Assembly (NCBI GenBank): GCA_048938025.1
Contig: JBHLMP010000017.1
Span: 1-58,603, forward strand
Origin: Promethearchaeota archaeon
GTDB lineage: Archaea; Asgardarchaeota; Lokiarchaeia; Sigyniarchaeales; SOKP01
Length of the DNA: 58,603 nt
Direction: 5' to 3'
The translations under genes and the position numbers were made by a program. The notes beneath the pieces are model-generated. The model did not search any database and was not told where the DNA came from. It worked only from the letters and a program-made list of their open reading frames with translations. The number at the start of each line of letters is the position of its first letter. Position 1 is the first letter of the stretch. This document shows, in pieces, positions 9,762 to 19,811 of the stretch.

Positions 9762-10739
9762 TTAAATTTTCCTTTTTATCTCAAATTCTACATCTTCAAA
9801 TTTATTATGAATTGTTTGATAAATTTTGAATTTTCCATCATCTATAGCGTGTTCTATTATGTTATTTATCTCTTCTTCGTTAATTAGACTCTTGGAGATT
9901 AAGTTTTCAATTTTAGAATATATTAGTTCTTTTATTTTGTATTTAAATCGATTTTTTTTCTTTTCATTAATTAACCCTGAAAGTTCTACATGTTCTTTAT
10001 GATCCCATATATTCTGAATAAGTTCATCAATACCTTCTCCATTAATCGCATCAGTCATAGAAACTGGTGGTCTCCATCCACTCTGAAATACTGTATCATC
10101 AAGCATCATTTCAATTTGAACCGCTATATCTTCTCCACCTAAATCTTTTTTATTTATATTATACAAGTCACCAATCTCAATAATACCTGCTTTTTGCATT
10201 TGAATCGCATCACCATAACCAGGAACTAAAACAACAACAATAGAATAGGCAAGATTATAGATATCAAACTCAGCTTGCCCAACACCAACAGTTTCAATGA
10301 TAATTATATCCATTCCGTATGCTTCATATAATAGGCTGATGTCAAAAACCGCTCTTGATATGCCCCCTTTATACCCTCTTGATGCTAGACTTCTTAGAAA
10401 CACATTCGGATGTAATGATATATCTGTCATCCGTATTCTATCACCTAAAAATGCTCCTCCACTAAAGGGAGATGTAGGATCAACACAAATAATACCCACT
10501 GATTTACCTTCTTCTAGTATTTTTTTACATATTGCTCCTGTTAGTGTACTTTTTCCCACTCCAGGTGAACCAGTAACTCCAATAATATAAGAATCATGAG
10601 ATATGCCTTCAAAATGCTTGAATATATCATGTGCTTTTTCTGGTTCATTTTCTATGATAGTAATTAACTTTGCTAAAGCAATTTTATCTTTATTCTTAAA
10701 TTTATTAATTAAAGTATCAAAATCATAAGAAACTTTCAA
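9762..10739 (-). CDS. meaB: MeaB/ArgK G-protein chaperone of acyl-CoA mutase
   Basis: GVTGSPGVGKST, VDPTSPFSGGAFLGDRIRM, IETVGVGQ, GDAIQMQKAG, NKKD. Confidence 0.95.
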   Translation of the reverse strand: MKVSYDFDTLINKFKNKDKIALAKLITIIENEPEKAHDIFKHFEGISHDSYIIGVTGSPGVGKSTLTGAICKKILEEGKSVGIICVDPTSPFSGGAFLGDRIRMTDISLHPNVFLRSLASRGYKGGISRAVFDISLLYEAYGMDIIIIETVGVGQAEFDIYNLAYSIVVVLVPGYGDAIQMQKAGIIEIGDLYNINKKDLGGEDIAVQIEMMLDDTVFQSGWRPPVSMTDAINGEGIDELIQNIWDHKEHVELSGLINEKKKNRFKYKIKELIYSKIENLISKSLINEEEINNIIEHAIDDGKFKIYQTIHNKFEDVEFEIKRKI

Positions 10740-10810
10740 TGAAATACATTCCTCAATAAAAAAATAGCTATTAAATTATAATTTAATGAAAAAAATATTA
10801 CATGTTTTTT

Positions 10811-11209
10811 TTATTTTTTGACATTGGTTTTAATAAATTCAACAATATCAGATGTCATTGAACCTGGACCATAAATATTAGCAACTCCCATCTCTTTTAA
10901 TTTAGGAAAATCTTTTGCAGGAACAATACCGCCAACTAGTATCATAATATTATCAAGGACTCCACGTTCTTTTAATAAATCAATAACTTGCTGTGTATAA
11001 GCAAAATGAGCTCCAGAATGAATGCTTAGCCCTATGACATCTACATCTTCTTGAATTGCAGATTCAACAATTTGTTCTACATTTTGAAATCCTCCGAAAA
11101 TAAGTTCCATTCCTGCATCCCTAATAGCTCTTGATACAACAATTCCACCACGCCAATGACCATCAATACCCGGTTTAGACATCAACACTCTTATTTTCTT
11201 CTCACTCAT
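10811..11209 (-). CDS. Acyl-CoA mutase small (cobalamin-binding) subunit
   Basis: KPGIDGHWRG (DxHxxG), QEDVDVIGLS, VGGIVP. Start moved to ATG 11209 (MSEKK) after GAGGTG. Confidence 0.93.
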   Translation of the reverse strand: MSEKKIRVLMSKPGIDGHWRGGIVVSRAIRDAGMELIFGGFQNVEQIVESAIQEDVDVIGLSIHSGAHFAYTQQVIDLLKERGVLDNIMILVGGIVPAKDFPKLKEMGVANIYGPGSMTSDIVEFIKTNVKK

Positions 11210-11226
11210 CTTTAGCACCTCATTAT

Positions 11227-12903
11227 TTAAATTGCCAATGGAGGATCCCAAGTTCCCCATATTTCTCTATAGATATTACACACTTCCCCAACAGTAGCTC
11301 CTTCTTTTGTCGCTTCCATGACTATGGGCATTACATTTTCCTCTTTCTCACAGACATTTCGTAGTTGATCCATTATCTTTTGTAATTTGACATTGTCTCG
11401 CCGAGCTTTTAGTTTTTCAATTCGATGAACTTCAATATCTATTGCCTCTTTATTTGTTCTAAAAACATCTGTGACTGTATCATAAGGTACAACATATTTA
11501 TTTACTCCAAGCATTATTTCATCACCACTTTCAATTTTCATTCGTCGTTTATGAAATGCATCCCTCATTTCTTTATATAGAAATCCTGAAGAAAGTGCCT
11601 TATCAATAGTGCCAACTTTCTGGATTTTATCAATATACTTCCAGACTCTTTCTTCGACTTCATCAGTTAACCATTCAATAAAATATGAACCAGCGAGAGG
11701 ATCTATTGTATTATGAATTCTGGTTTCATCTGAAATTACTTGTTGAGTTCTTAAGGCCACTAAAGCTGCTTCTTCAGATGGTAAACAAATTGCTTCATCA
11801 TAAGAATTTGTGTGTAATGATTGACATCCACCCAAATTTGCTTCTAAGGCTTGAATTGCTGTTCTCACTATATTAATTTTTGGAGATTGTGCTGTTAAAG
11901 ATGATCCAGCAGTTTGTACATGGAATCGAAAACCTAAATTCCTAGGATCTTTAACTTCATATTTATCTTTCATTAATTTATACCAAATTCTTCTAGCAGC
12001 CCTGAATTTTGCTATTTCTTCAAAGAAATCTTTGTGAGCTGCTAAATGAAAAGCTAAACGTCCAACAAAATCATCAACCTTCCATCCTCTTTCCATTAAA
12101 TTATCAATATGAGAACAAGCACTTGCAAATACAAATCCTAATTCTTGAACAGCATCAATTCCTCCTTCTCTATAATTATAGCCAGTAAAATTTATCGGAT
12201 GCCATTTAGGGACATTTTTTTGAGCTACTGTCCATTCAATAAAATCACATGCTAAGCGAAGTATATGGTTAGGAGGACTGTTCTTATAGGGAATATACCC
12301 TACCGTCATAGTTAAGATATCATTTTGAGTTGTTCCCATCAAATTTTTAATTTCATAACCCCGCATTTTCGCCATATTAAAATACATAGAGCAAACGGGA
12401 GCAGAAGTGAAAGGTTCTACTACTAAAGCTACACTAATTTTGTCTATAGGAATATCTTCAGCTAAAGCAAAAAGACTGTCAATACAATAAAGAGGCACAC
12501 CTGACGTTCCCACTTCTGGAGCTCCATCCTTATTGGTTGGATCAATTCCATTAAATGTGAGAGCATCAACTGCAGCACTAAACCCAGTTTCACCATTTTC
12601 ATAAAGAAATTTCCATCTTTTATTTGTTTCTTCAGGAGTTCCATGACCAGAAAAGAGTCTCATAGTCCATAAGCGCCCTCTATACATAGAAGGATATACA
12701 CCTCGAGTATACGGTGCTATTCCAGGAAAACTGATATCGCTTACATAATCTTTATCTTTTACATCTAAGGGAGTATAAAGTCTTTTAATAGGGATTTCAG
12801 AATCGGTTACAAATTTTACATCTCGTTCTTTTAAACTTTCATATAGCTTATCCCATTTTTCTTTTTCTTCTCTAACTTTTTCCAAATGACTTTTATCAAA
12901 CAA
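11227..12903 (-). CDS. Acyl-CoA mutase large (substrate-binding) subunit, methylmalonyl/isobutyryl-CoA mutase family, specificity unknown
   Basis: PYTRGVYPSMYRGRLWTMR, GTTQNDIL, FFEEIAKFRAARRIW, HTNSYDEA, DPLAGSYFIE. Confidence 0.93.
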   Translation of the reverse strand: MFDKSHLEKVREEKEKWDKLYESLKERDVKFVTDSEIPIKRLYTPLDVKDKDYVSDISFPGIAPYTRGVYPSMYRGRLWTMRLFSGHGTPEETNKRWKFLYENGETGFSAAVDALTFNGIDPTNKDGAPEVGTSGVPLYCIDSLFALAEDIPIDKISVALVVEPFTSAPVCSMYFNMAKMRGYEIKNLMGTTQNDILTMTVGYIPYKNSPPNHILRLACDFIEWTVAQKNVPKWHPINFTGYNYREGGIDAVQELGFVFASACSHIDNLMERGWKVDDFVGRLAFHLAAHKDFFEEIAKFRAARRIWYKLMKDKYEVKDPRNLGFRFHVQTAGSSLTAQSPKINIVRTAIQALEANLGGCQSLHTNSYDEAICLPSEEAALVALRTQQVISDETRIHNTIDPLAGSYFIEWLTDEVEERVWKYIDKIQKVGTIDKALSSGFLYKEMRDAFHKRRMKIESGDEIMLGVNKYVVPYDTVTDVFRTNKEAIDIEVHRIEKLKARRDNVKLQKIMDQLRNVCEKEENVMPIVMEATKEGATVGEVCNIYREIWGTWDPPLAI

Positions 12904-13092
12904 TCTTAAATCACACGAAATTGCTAATTATCCTTATGTAATTTAATAAAAGATGATTATATTTATTTTTTTAAATTAGAAGATTAAGAATAAATCATAT
13001 TTAAAAAAAAATTTGATTAACCTCTTTTTCTCTTTAAAAATCCATAAATGAAGTAAAATAAATATTGAATTGAAATTCTTATATACAACTTA

Positions 13093-13842
13093 TTGATTAA
13101 TATAAATTATAAATTAAATTTTAATGAAAATCCAACAATAAAAAAAGAGGTTTTAATTATTACAGAAATAAAAAATCAAGGCTTTATGAGACATGCTTCG
13201 AAATTACTAATCGCTGGTGGGATTTTAGTAATAATTGGTATGCTGACTCCTTCATGCTATTTTACAAATGGAGGAGGATTTTTCATGTGGTATACTGGTT
13301 TTTGGGTTATGTGGTACGAGGGACCATATGGTAGGGAGACAGATTCTGGGGGTGCTAGAGATTTTTTTAATACAGAGTATGCTGCTAAATATTCAGGTCT
13401 TGGTACTAGTGTTATGATAATGTTATTTATTGCTGCAATATTGATGTTTGTATCATCAAAAAAAGCAACAGTGGGGAGAGATAACAAGGTAGCTATTGCA
13501 ACGAGTGCGATTGGTACAGTATTAGCTTTTCTCGGTCCAGGTGTATACTATGGTTATTTACAGAGTGAATTCACAAATTTTTGGGTTGCATTTGATGAAG
13601 GTATCGGTTTTTATCTTCCAATCATAGCTGGAGTTCTTGGAATTATTGCCACGAGTTTTAATATTTATGATTTTACATTAGAATCAAAAGTGGGGGAAGA
13701 ACGAGTAATTGAAAAGTACCAACCACCACCTGATAAACAGGTTGAGGTTCAAGTTCAACAAGAAGGTCTAAAATTCTGTCCAAATTGTGGTGCAAAATTG
13801 ACTGGTCCTTTTTGCCAAGAATGTGGCACAAAAGCCTATTAG
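13093..13842 (+). CDS. Membrane protein with C-terminal zinc ribbon (true start probably near 13156)
   Basis: About four TM segments and FCPNCG...FCQECG. GAGG at 13147 precedes in-frame ATT codons. Confidence 0.75.
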   Translation: MININYKLNFNENPTIKKEVLIITEIKNQGFMRHASKLLIAGGILVIIGMLTPSCYFTNGGGFFMWYTGFWVMWYEGPYGRETDSGGARDFFNTEYAAKYSGLGTSVMIMLFIAAILMFVSSKKATVGRDNKVAIATSAIGTVLAFLGPGVYYGYLQSEFTNFWVAFDEGIGFYLPIIAGVLGIIATSFNIYDFTLESKVGEERVIEKYQPPPDKQVEVQVQQEGLKFCPNCGAKLTGPFCQECGTKAY

Positions 13843-14173
13843 CCTATTTGCTTAATATTTAATTTATAAATTTTAAACAAAATAACTTTTTTTTCTAATT
13901 TTTTTCCAATTTTAATATGTAATTTCTTAACTTACCCCTCTCATTGCAGAATTTGAACTTTAAATTTAAAAGATCATATCTAAGATCTATGGGAGGTTGC
14001 TTATGAAATGATTAAAGACTCTTTAAATAAGATTTAACTTTTTTAGTGATATTTCAGATATTAAAATTTGATTTTGAAACAATTATCTATTTATATAAAA
14101 TTATTTTAGTGAATATATCAATAAGTTTATCTATCGTAAACATAACTTTTAAAAATATAATATTCACAATCTT

Positions 14174-15910
14174 ATGAGAAATCATAATAAAAAGAAGCAT
14201 CAAAGGTTTTTCCTATTTTCTATAACATTTTTTATTGTTTCTCTTAGCTTTTTATATTATTTTAGATTTCAGAGTTATTTATTATATGAAAGAATTCAAT
14301 TCAATTCATCAGGTGCCAAATTATATGCAAATCTCTTTTATCCCACTAAAAAATTAGATTTTCAAGAAAAAGCTCCTTTGATTATATATGCCCATGGTTT
14401 AGGTAGTCAAAAGGATTTAGATCCAAGAGTACCTAATGAATTTACAAAAAGAGGTTTTTATGTGGCATCCATTGATTATAGAGGTGATGGAGAAAGCGGA
14501 GGTCATCTTTTAGATATAAATTCAAATCCATATAGGAATCGAACAGGAATTCCCGCAATAGCTCAAGATTGTTCAAGATTACTAGATAAATTGTCAGATA
14601 TGTCCTTTTTTAAAGATATAAATGAATCTCAAGTGGGATTGATTGGACATTCTCTAGGAGGTATGGTTGTTTTAATGAATGGAGCCTTAGATAAGCGATT
14701 TAAGGTTACAGTAACGTGGGCAGGATTAGTAAACTTTTCAGCTAGTTATTTTGGTATAACTGATGACCACCCTTTTATGAAATTCATTCCATCTAAGATT
14801 ATTAATGAAACTAATCCCAGTAATTTAATGGTTATTCATTCTATTCATGACACAACAGTTCCTTTTAATGATAATGCATTAGTTGCAAAGAATCTAACAA
14901 ATTGTAAATTAGTTGAAATTAAAACACATCTATTTGGAGGACCTCATTATTTATTTTCTAATGTGGTAATTTCTGAGACAACAAATTGGATGGAATTAAA
15001 GTTTTTTAATTCTGAAACCATTAATGGTCCTATTAAACTAACTTATATTATAGATTTTATCTTAATAGGATTTAGTTTAGTTGGATTATTTTTAACTACC
15101 TTATCAATCATGAGATTAACCTATAAATACTTTTCAATCAAAGATTACCATAAAAGAGTTGTAAAATTAGATAAAAATGAAAAAAAAGAGAAACTATCAA
15201 ATATGAAACACTTAACTATAGCTAGCTTATGGTATGGAAGCTTCCTCACCATTTGGATTTTGTTGCTAGAATATATAGGAATACTTGCTTTAATCATTGC
15301 CCCACTTATTTTTATATTGATATATATTGTATTTGTGTTTATAAAATATATAATAAATACTGAAATAAAAGGTGAAAAATTAAGTTTATATATAAAATTT
15401 AGATTAAAAAATGAGATTAAATCTCAATTTCAGAAGAATGTTATATTATATTCTCTCTTTTCTAGTAGCGTATTTTTATCACTTTATATTAGTTTCTCTC
15501 TCTCATATCCATTTGGATTTTTTTCTCCAGCAAATATATTAGCTTATATTTTAACCTTTGAAATTTATCCATTCTATTTAGCCATGGAAATTTTTTACAG
15601 AAAAATCTTATATCCCAGACTTGTTTCCTTAAAATCCCCTACACGTAGAACAGTAGTCACATCATTAATGGAATCCGTTAACATTTTAGTTTTAATGTAT
15701 TTTTCCAGTTCATTATTTCTAATAAGTGCAATGTTTGCTACTTATTTGATATTTTTAGCAGTTATGATAATGAACTCAATTATATATGAAAGAACTAATA
15801 AGTTTAGCTCTGTTATGATAAGTTCTTTTATTATAATACAAATCTTTTTTGGCTCAGTTGTTTCAACTATATTAGGATTTGGTTCTGTTGTGCGTTTGCT
15901 TCATGTGTAG
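14174..15910 (+). CDS. Alpha/beta hydrolase with C-terminal multi-pass membrane domain
   Basis: HGLG, IDYRGDGES, GHSLGG nucleophile elbow, D..VP and H, followed by several TM helices. Confidence 0.85.
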   Translation: MRNHNKKKHQRFFLFSITFFIVSLSFLYYFRFQSYLLYERIQFNSSGAKLYANLFYPTKKLDFQEKAPLIIYAHGLGSQKDLDPRVPNEFTKRGFYVASIDYRGDGESGGHLLDINSNPYRNRTGIPAIAQDCSRLLDKLSDMSFFKDINESQVGLIGHSLGGMVVLMNGALDKRFKVTVTWAGLVNFSASYFGITDDHPFMKFIPSKIINETNPSNLMVIHSIHDTTVPFNDNALVAKNLTNCKLVEIKTHLFGGPHYLFSNVVISETTNWMELKFFNSETINGPIKLTYIIDFILIGFSLVGLFLTTLSIMRLTYKYFSIKDYHKRVVKLDKNEKKEKLSNMKHLTIASLWYGSFLTIWILLLEYIGILALIIAPLIFILIYIVFVFIKYIINTEIKGEKLSLYIKFRLKNEIKSQFQKNVILYSLFSSSVFLSLYISFSLSYPFGFFSPANILAYILTFEIYPFYLAMEIFYRKILYPRLVSLKSPTRRTVVTSLMESVNILVLMYFSSSLFLISAMFATYLIFLAVMIMNSIIYERTNKFSSVMISSFIIIQIFFGSVVSTILGFGSVVRLLHV

Positions 15911-15931
15911 AAAGTGTAATATTCTTTAAGA

Positions 15932-17209
15932 TTATTTTAATAATTCTTTAAAGTCTTTGTCAAGTGATAATATCAATAATCGTATAACTCTACAAACATC
16001 AACAAGTATTTGTGGATCTACTTTATCTAGTGTATCTTCAATACTATGAGTATATCTAGCAGCGGCTTTAGTAGTAATATCAATTGAATTAAATTTACGT
16101 AAATGAAATGGAATAGAGTCTGTATGAGCACCAAGACTAACATGAAATCCATGATAATTTATATTTTCAATTTCTGCTGATTTATTGAAGTATTCACTTA
16201 ATATTGGTGAGATTTTCTTTCTTGGGATAATACCATAAGATTCGATATATTCTATGCGATTCTTTTTATTATTTGCTGCTGAAAGCATATCAAAATTAAT
16301 TTGATAAGTAAATTCTTTAGTAAACACCTTATCATAAGTATCTAAAAATTTTCTAGAACCCATTGTTCCTATTTCTTCAGCTGAAAATTGACAAAACCAT
16401 AATCTGAAATTATGTAGTGGATTACATTTAAAGAAAGAACTCAATTCGAAAACAACTGCCATTCCACTAGCGTTATCCAAGGCTCCTTGTGATTCATTTC
16501 CTATTTTAAGAAATAATAAAAAAAAGTTTGAAGAAATAGTTAAAATAGTCCCAATCATTATAGAAATTTCCCATAAGATAATTAGTATTTGATAATTCTC
16601 ATATATAAAATGGTAATCAATTAAAAAGAAGGTATAAAACAAAAATAAGAAAATTTCACTATATAACCAGATTCTAATTAAGACGACTCTCCATAATGTT
16701 TTAAATGATTGAGATTTTGAATCTAAATGAGCTGAAACTATTATATCTCCTATTTTTTGAGTTGATACATTAATCGCGGGTATTTCTACAAAAACATTTG
16801 TTGCTTTTAAAAATTTGCCAAAATATTTCTCCCAAAATCCCTTAAGTTCAGGATATTTTAATGCTTTGACCATTGAGAGAAAAATTAGTAATAAAATCGA
16901 GATGGAAATAAAAGTGAGAAAAGGATACAAATTTTTTATTAGTAGAATAATAGAAACAAAAATTAAGTTTATTAATATGATTATTTTGATCATTGCTTTT
17001 GAATAAAATGTGGAAAATTCAAAATTTTGAGAATGAATTTGAGAATTTTTAAAACCCTTCTCTTTAAATGTTTTAATTGTTAGATCAACTGCTTTTTTCT
17101 CTCCTTCTGTTCCAGCTAATCTAGGAAAGCTAAAAGTACTTACATAATTAAATAATGGTTTTTTATTGAAATCAAAATTCTCTGGAGATTCTTTAATAGT
17201 CATAGTCAA
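15932..17209 (-). CDS. Membrane-bound M28 family metallopeptidase
   Basis: PRLAGTEGE, SAHLDS, GALDNASG, AEEIG, NFD, HTD, HSIEDT. Confidence 0.88.
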   Translation of the reverse strand: MTMTIKESPENFDFNKKPLFNYVSTFSFPRLAGTEGEKKAVDLTIKTFKEKGFKNSQIHSQNFEFSTFYSKAMIKIIILINLIFVSIILLIKNLYPFLTFISISILLLIFLSMVKALKYPELKGFWEKYFGKFLKATNVFVEIPAINVSTQKIGDIIVSAHLDSKSQSFKTLWRVVLIRIWLYSEIFLFLFYTFFLIDYHFIYENYQILIILWEISIMIGTILTISSNFFLLFLKIGNESQGALDNASGMAVVFELSSFFKCNPLHNFRLWFCQFSAEEIGTMGSRKFLDTYDKVFTKEFTYQINFDMLSAANNKKNRIEYIESYGIIPRKKISPILSEYFNKSAEIENINYHGFHVSLGAHTDSIPFHLRKFNSIDITTKAAARYTHSIEDTLDKVDPQILVDVCRVIRLLILSLDKDFKELLK

Positions 17210-17422
17210 TTTGATATAATTTTTTTACTATTTAATATCTGATATATTCTTTAAATAACTTAATTATTAGGTTTTTAAATTTTAAACACTGGTAGTTATT
17301 AACTTTTCTGTATAACAGGTCTCAGAGGCTTTTAAAGTTGTAACTTTAACATATATAACTCCAAGATAAATACTTATTAAGATAAAAGGTAGAGAAATTA
17401 TTATATTAAAACATGATTTTCC

Positions 17423-17476
17423 TTATGATCTTGATACGTAATATCTAAATTTACCATTTAGATCGTCAATCTGCAA
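17423..17476 (-). pseudogene. Orphan 3'-end remnant of the MBL hydrolase gene (older copy)
   Basis: Translates LQIDDLNGKFRYYVSRS*, versus WQIDDESGKFRYFISRE* at the end of 20882-21697 (11/17 identical, stop in register). Confidence 0.85.
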
Positions 17477-17534
17477 GCCTTAAAACAAGTATTAAAAAGA
17501 AAAAAAATTTTATATTTATTTTTTTTTTATATTT

Positions 17535-19346
17535 TTACATATAAATATCGCCTGATCCTCCTTGAAATCCGTCAAAACCATAGCTTGAACCGCCCATACC
17601 TCCAATACCTATAGAATATAAATTATCATTTATTAAAGTGTTCGAGTTATAACAATAAACACCAAAAGATATGCCACCAGCACCACCGGCTCCTGCTCCA
17701 CCATTGCCTCCTCTTCCTCCAGCACCTCCAGCACCTCCATAATTTATCCCAACAAGTGATCCAATTCCACCAGTACCTCCATTACCCCCAGTCCCTCCAA
17801 TACCACCAATACCTCCGTTTCCTCCTTTTCCACCATTACCAGTACATATTAAATTGCGAGTAATTGTTATATTAGCTTCTATAACTAAAATACCAATTGA
17901 GCCTCCACCCGAAGTACCTCCCTTACCACCTAATGCTCCACTGCCACCACCACCGCCACCACCGCCACCACCACCAAGATATGGGATTAAAAGCAAATAA
18001 TCAACAAAACCACCACCGCCACCTCCGCCACCTCCACCTCCACCGACAAAACCATCATCACCATCATCTCCATTAACACCATACCAAAAATGACTAATAA
18101 TTGTACCATTTTCACTTCCATGTATTCCTCCATGAAATCCGTTTACTCCTGCAGTCCCATTAGCTCCTGGTTGTCCATGAGATCCTATTGCTCCTCCGCT
18201 ACCTCCTGCTCCCCCGCTACCTTCTGGCCAAGAGCCACCAACTCCATCTTGTCCATTATCACCTGCCTCTGCAGCTGGCAATGGTATTAATATTGCCATA
18301 CCACCAGCACCGCCATCTCCACCAGCGTTCCATAATGAACCTCCTGAACCAGGTGCATTAGATGGAGGTGCATATCCGTTAGATCCATTTTGGCCAGGTT
18401 GACCATTTGATCCATTAGCACCATCAGCACCATTTCCTCCATTTCCACTATAAATAATACAATTGTCTATAGTAAACATAAAATCAAAAATGTTATAGCA
18501 CCAAATTCCACAAGATGTTCCCGTAATAGCATTTCCAGTTCTTATTTCCATTGTGTTTAAGTACGTCGGGGTGTTTATATTATGAACTTTTACTCCAATA
18601 ATCTTATCATTCACTTCTTTTGTTGAATTTATGATTGGATGAGTTGATACATCTCTTGACCATAAATTTGATTCAATAAAACCTCCATAAATACTAACTC
18701 CATCAATTATCTCCACACTTCCATTATAAACTCCCTCAGAAACGTAGACATCCTTTTTTCCGTTTTCATTTGCTTTAGAAATTCCTTCGATAATACTTGC
18801 CATTGGATATGAAATATCACCTGAGTTTAAATCAGATCCATCTTCAGAAACAAAAATCGCATTATCACACATACCATCTAATCCATCATTATTGATATCT
18901 AAATAACTAGAATCAGGACGATCTAAATCTTTTGGATAAGGATTTACATCAATGTTAAGCCAAATGTCAGTGGCATTTTCAATTTTTTCTGTAGTATTAT
19001 ATCCAATGTCGATTAAAATTTGATTCAATCCAGGTCCTAAATTCATAATAATTCCCCATTTTTTAAAATTTGATTCCAAATTAATAGCATTGTTACCATT
19101 AACTAAGATTTCATCAATATCAGGAGAACCTGAGCTATTTCCTCTTATAATTACAGTTGAAGACTTTACTAATGAATTATTTTCATGTGATGTAATAGTT
19201 AAATCAAAGATATATGGCTCTTCAGGTTCTTTTTGAGTTGGGGTTTTAAAAGGATTATAAGCTACTAAAAAAATCGTTCCTGTAATTAAAATAGCAACAA
19301 TTATAACTGAAATTATATATTTTTTTTTAATCATTTTTAAATACAC
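17535..19346 (-). CDS. Exported protein with DUF1565/beta-helix-like region and glycine-rich (PE-PGRS-like) repeats
   Basis: N-terminal TM, Ig-like segment, DINNDGLDG, IFVSEDGSDLNSG..P..SI..GI..A...DVYVSEG.Y, then long GGxGGxG and poly-G tracts. Confidence 0.8.
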   Translation of the reverse strand: MYLKMIKKKYIISVIIVAILITGTIFLVAYNPFKTPTQKEPEEPYIFDLTITSHENNSLVKSSTVIIRGNSSGSPDIDEILVNGNNAINLESNFKKWGIIMNLGPGLNQILIDIGYNTTEKIENATDIWLNIDVNPYPKDLDRPDSSYLDINNDGLDGMCDNAIFVSEDGSDLNSGDISYPMASIIEGISKANENGKKDVYVSEGVYNGSVEIIDGVSIYGGFIESNLWSRDVSTHPIINSTKEVNDKIIGVKVHNINTPTYLNTMEIRTGNAITGTSCGIWCYNIFDFMFTIDNCIIYSGNGGNGADGANGSNGQPGQNGSNGYAPPSNAPGSGGSLWNAGGDGGAGGMAILIPLPAAEAGDNGQDGVGGSWPEGSGGAGGSGGAIGSHGQPGANGTAGVNGFHGGIHGSENGTIISHFWYGVNGDDGDDGFVGGGGGGGGGGGGFVDYLLLIPYLGGGGGGGGGGGSGALGGKGGTSGGGSIGILVIEANITITRNLICTGNGGKGGNGGIGGIGGTGGNGGTGGIGSLVGINYGGAGGAGGRGGNGGAGAGGAGGISFGVYCYNSNTLINDNLYSIGIGGMGGSSYGFDGFQGGSGDIYM

Positions 19347-19464
19347 TTACATGTTTGTAAATTAGATTTCTGTTTAAAAATTAAAACCTAATCTTATATA
19401 AAGTTTTTTATTCCTTAATATTGAATCAAATTATCAGAAATATTAAGTATAATATCATTAAAAA

Positions 19465-19554
19465 TTATAATTTAGAAATGAAAAATCTAAATTTACCACT
19501 CTCATCATCAATCTGTCATGCGTCAAAAAAATCAAATGGTTTCTTTTTGTCCCA
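19465..19554 (-). pseudogene. Orphan 3'-end remnant of the MBL hydrolase gene (younger copy)
   Basis: Translates WDKKKPFDFFDA*QIDDESGKFRFFISKL*, versus WDKKIVFDFFEPWQIDDESGKFRYFISRE* (20882-20971). The Trp codon has decayed to TGA at 19516-19518. Confidence 0.92.
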
Positions 19555-19811
19555 ATTCAACAAAACCTTCAGATCATCTTTAGTCTGCTGAAAAGCGAAT
19601 TTTCGAAGTTGATCTCCGTATAGTATCGATAGTACGTATAAGTCCTAATAATAAATATTGTCTCAATCGTTTTTTCTCCCATTTTCTTAACTTTTAGAGC
19701 ATTAATAATTTTAATTTTAATATTATATGAAATCTGAGTATTAAAAAATGGAGATTTAATATTCTTTGATTTATTTAAATTACTAAAATCTTTTATTTGA
19801 AATAGAATTGG

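Noticed and set aside
13930-14037. Coding-like fragment (DLWEVAYEMIKDSLNKI*) in intergenic DNA
   Set aside because: No start and no matching parent gene in the window. It may be a remnant but cannot be verified here.
17332-17349. Inverted repeat TTAAAGTT-GT-AACTTTAA upstream of the M28 peptidase
   Set aside because: Almost entirely A/T, so plausible by chance at this composition.
17690-18440. CCA/CCT/CCG repeats as a tandem array or CRISPR
   Set aside because: They are Gly codons of the minus-strand gene and have no repeat-spacer structure.
19516-19518. In-frame TGA as selenocysteine
   Set aside because: It aligns to a Trp (TGG) of the intact gene within a fragment that has no start, so it is simple decay.
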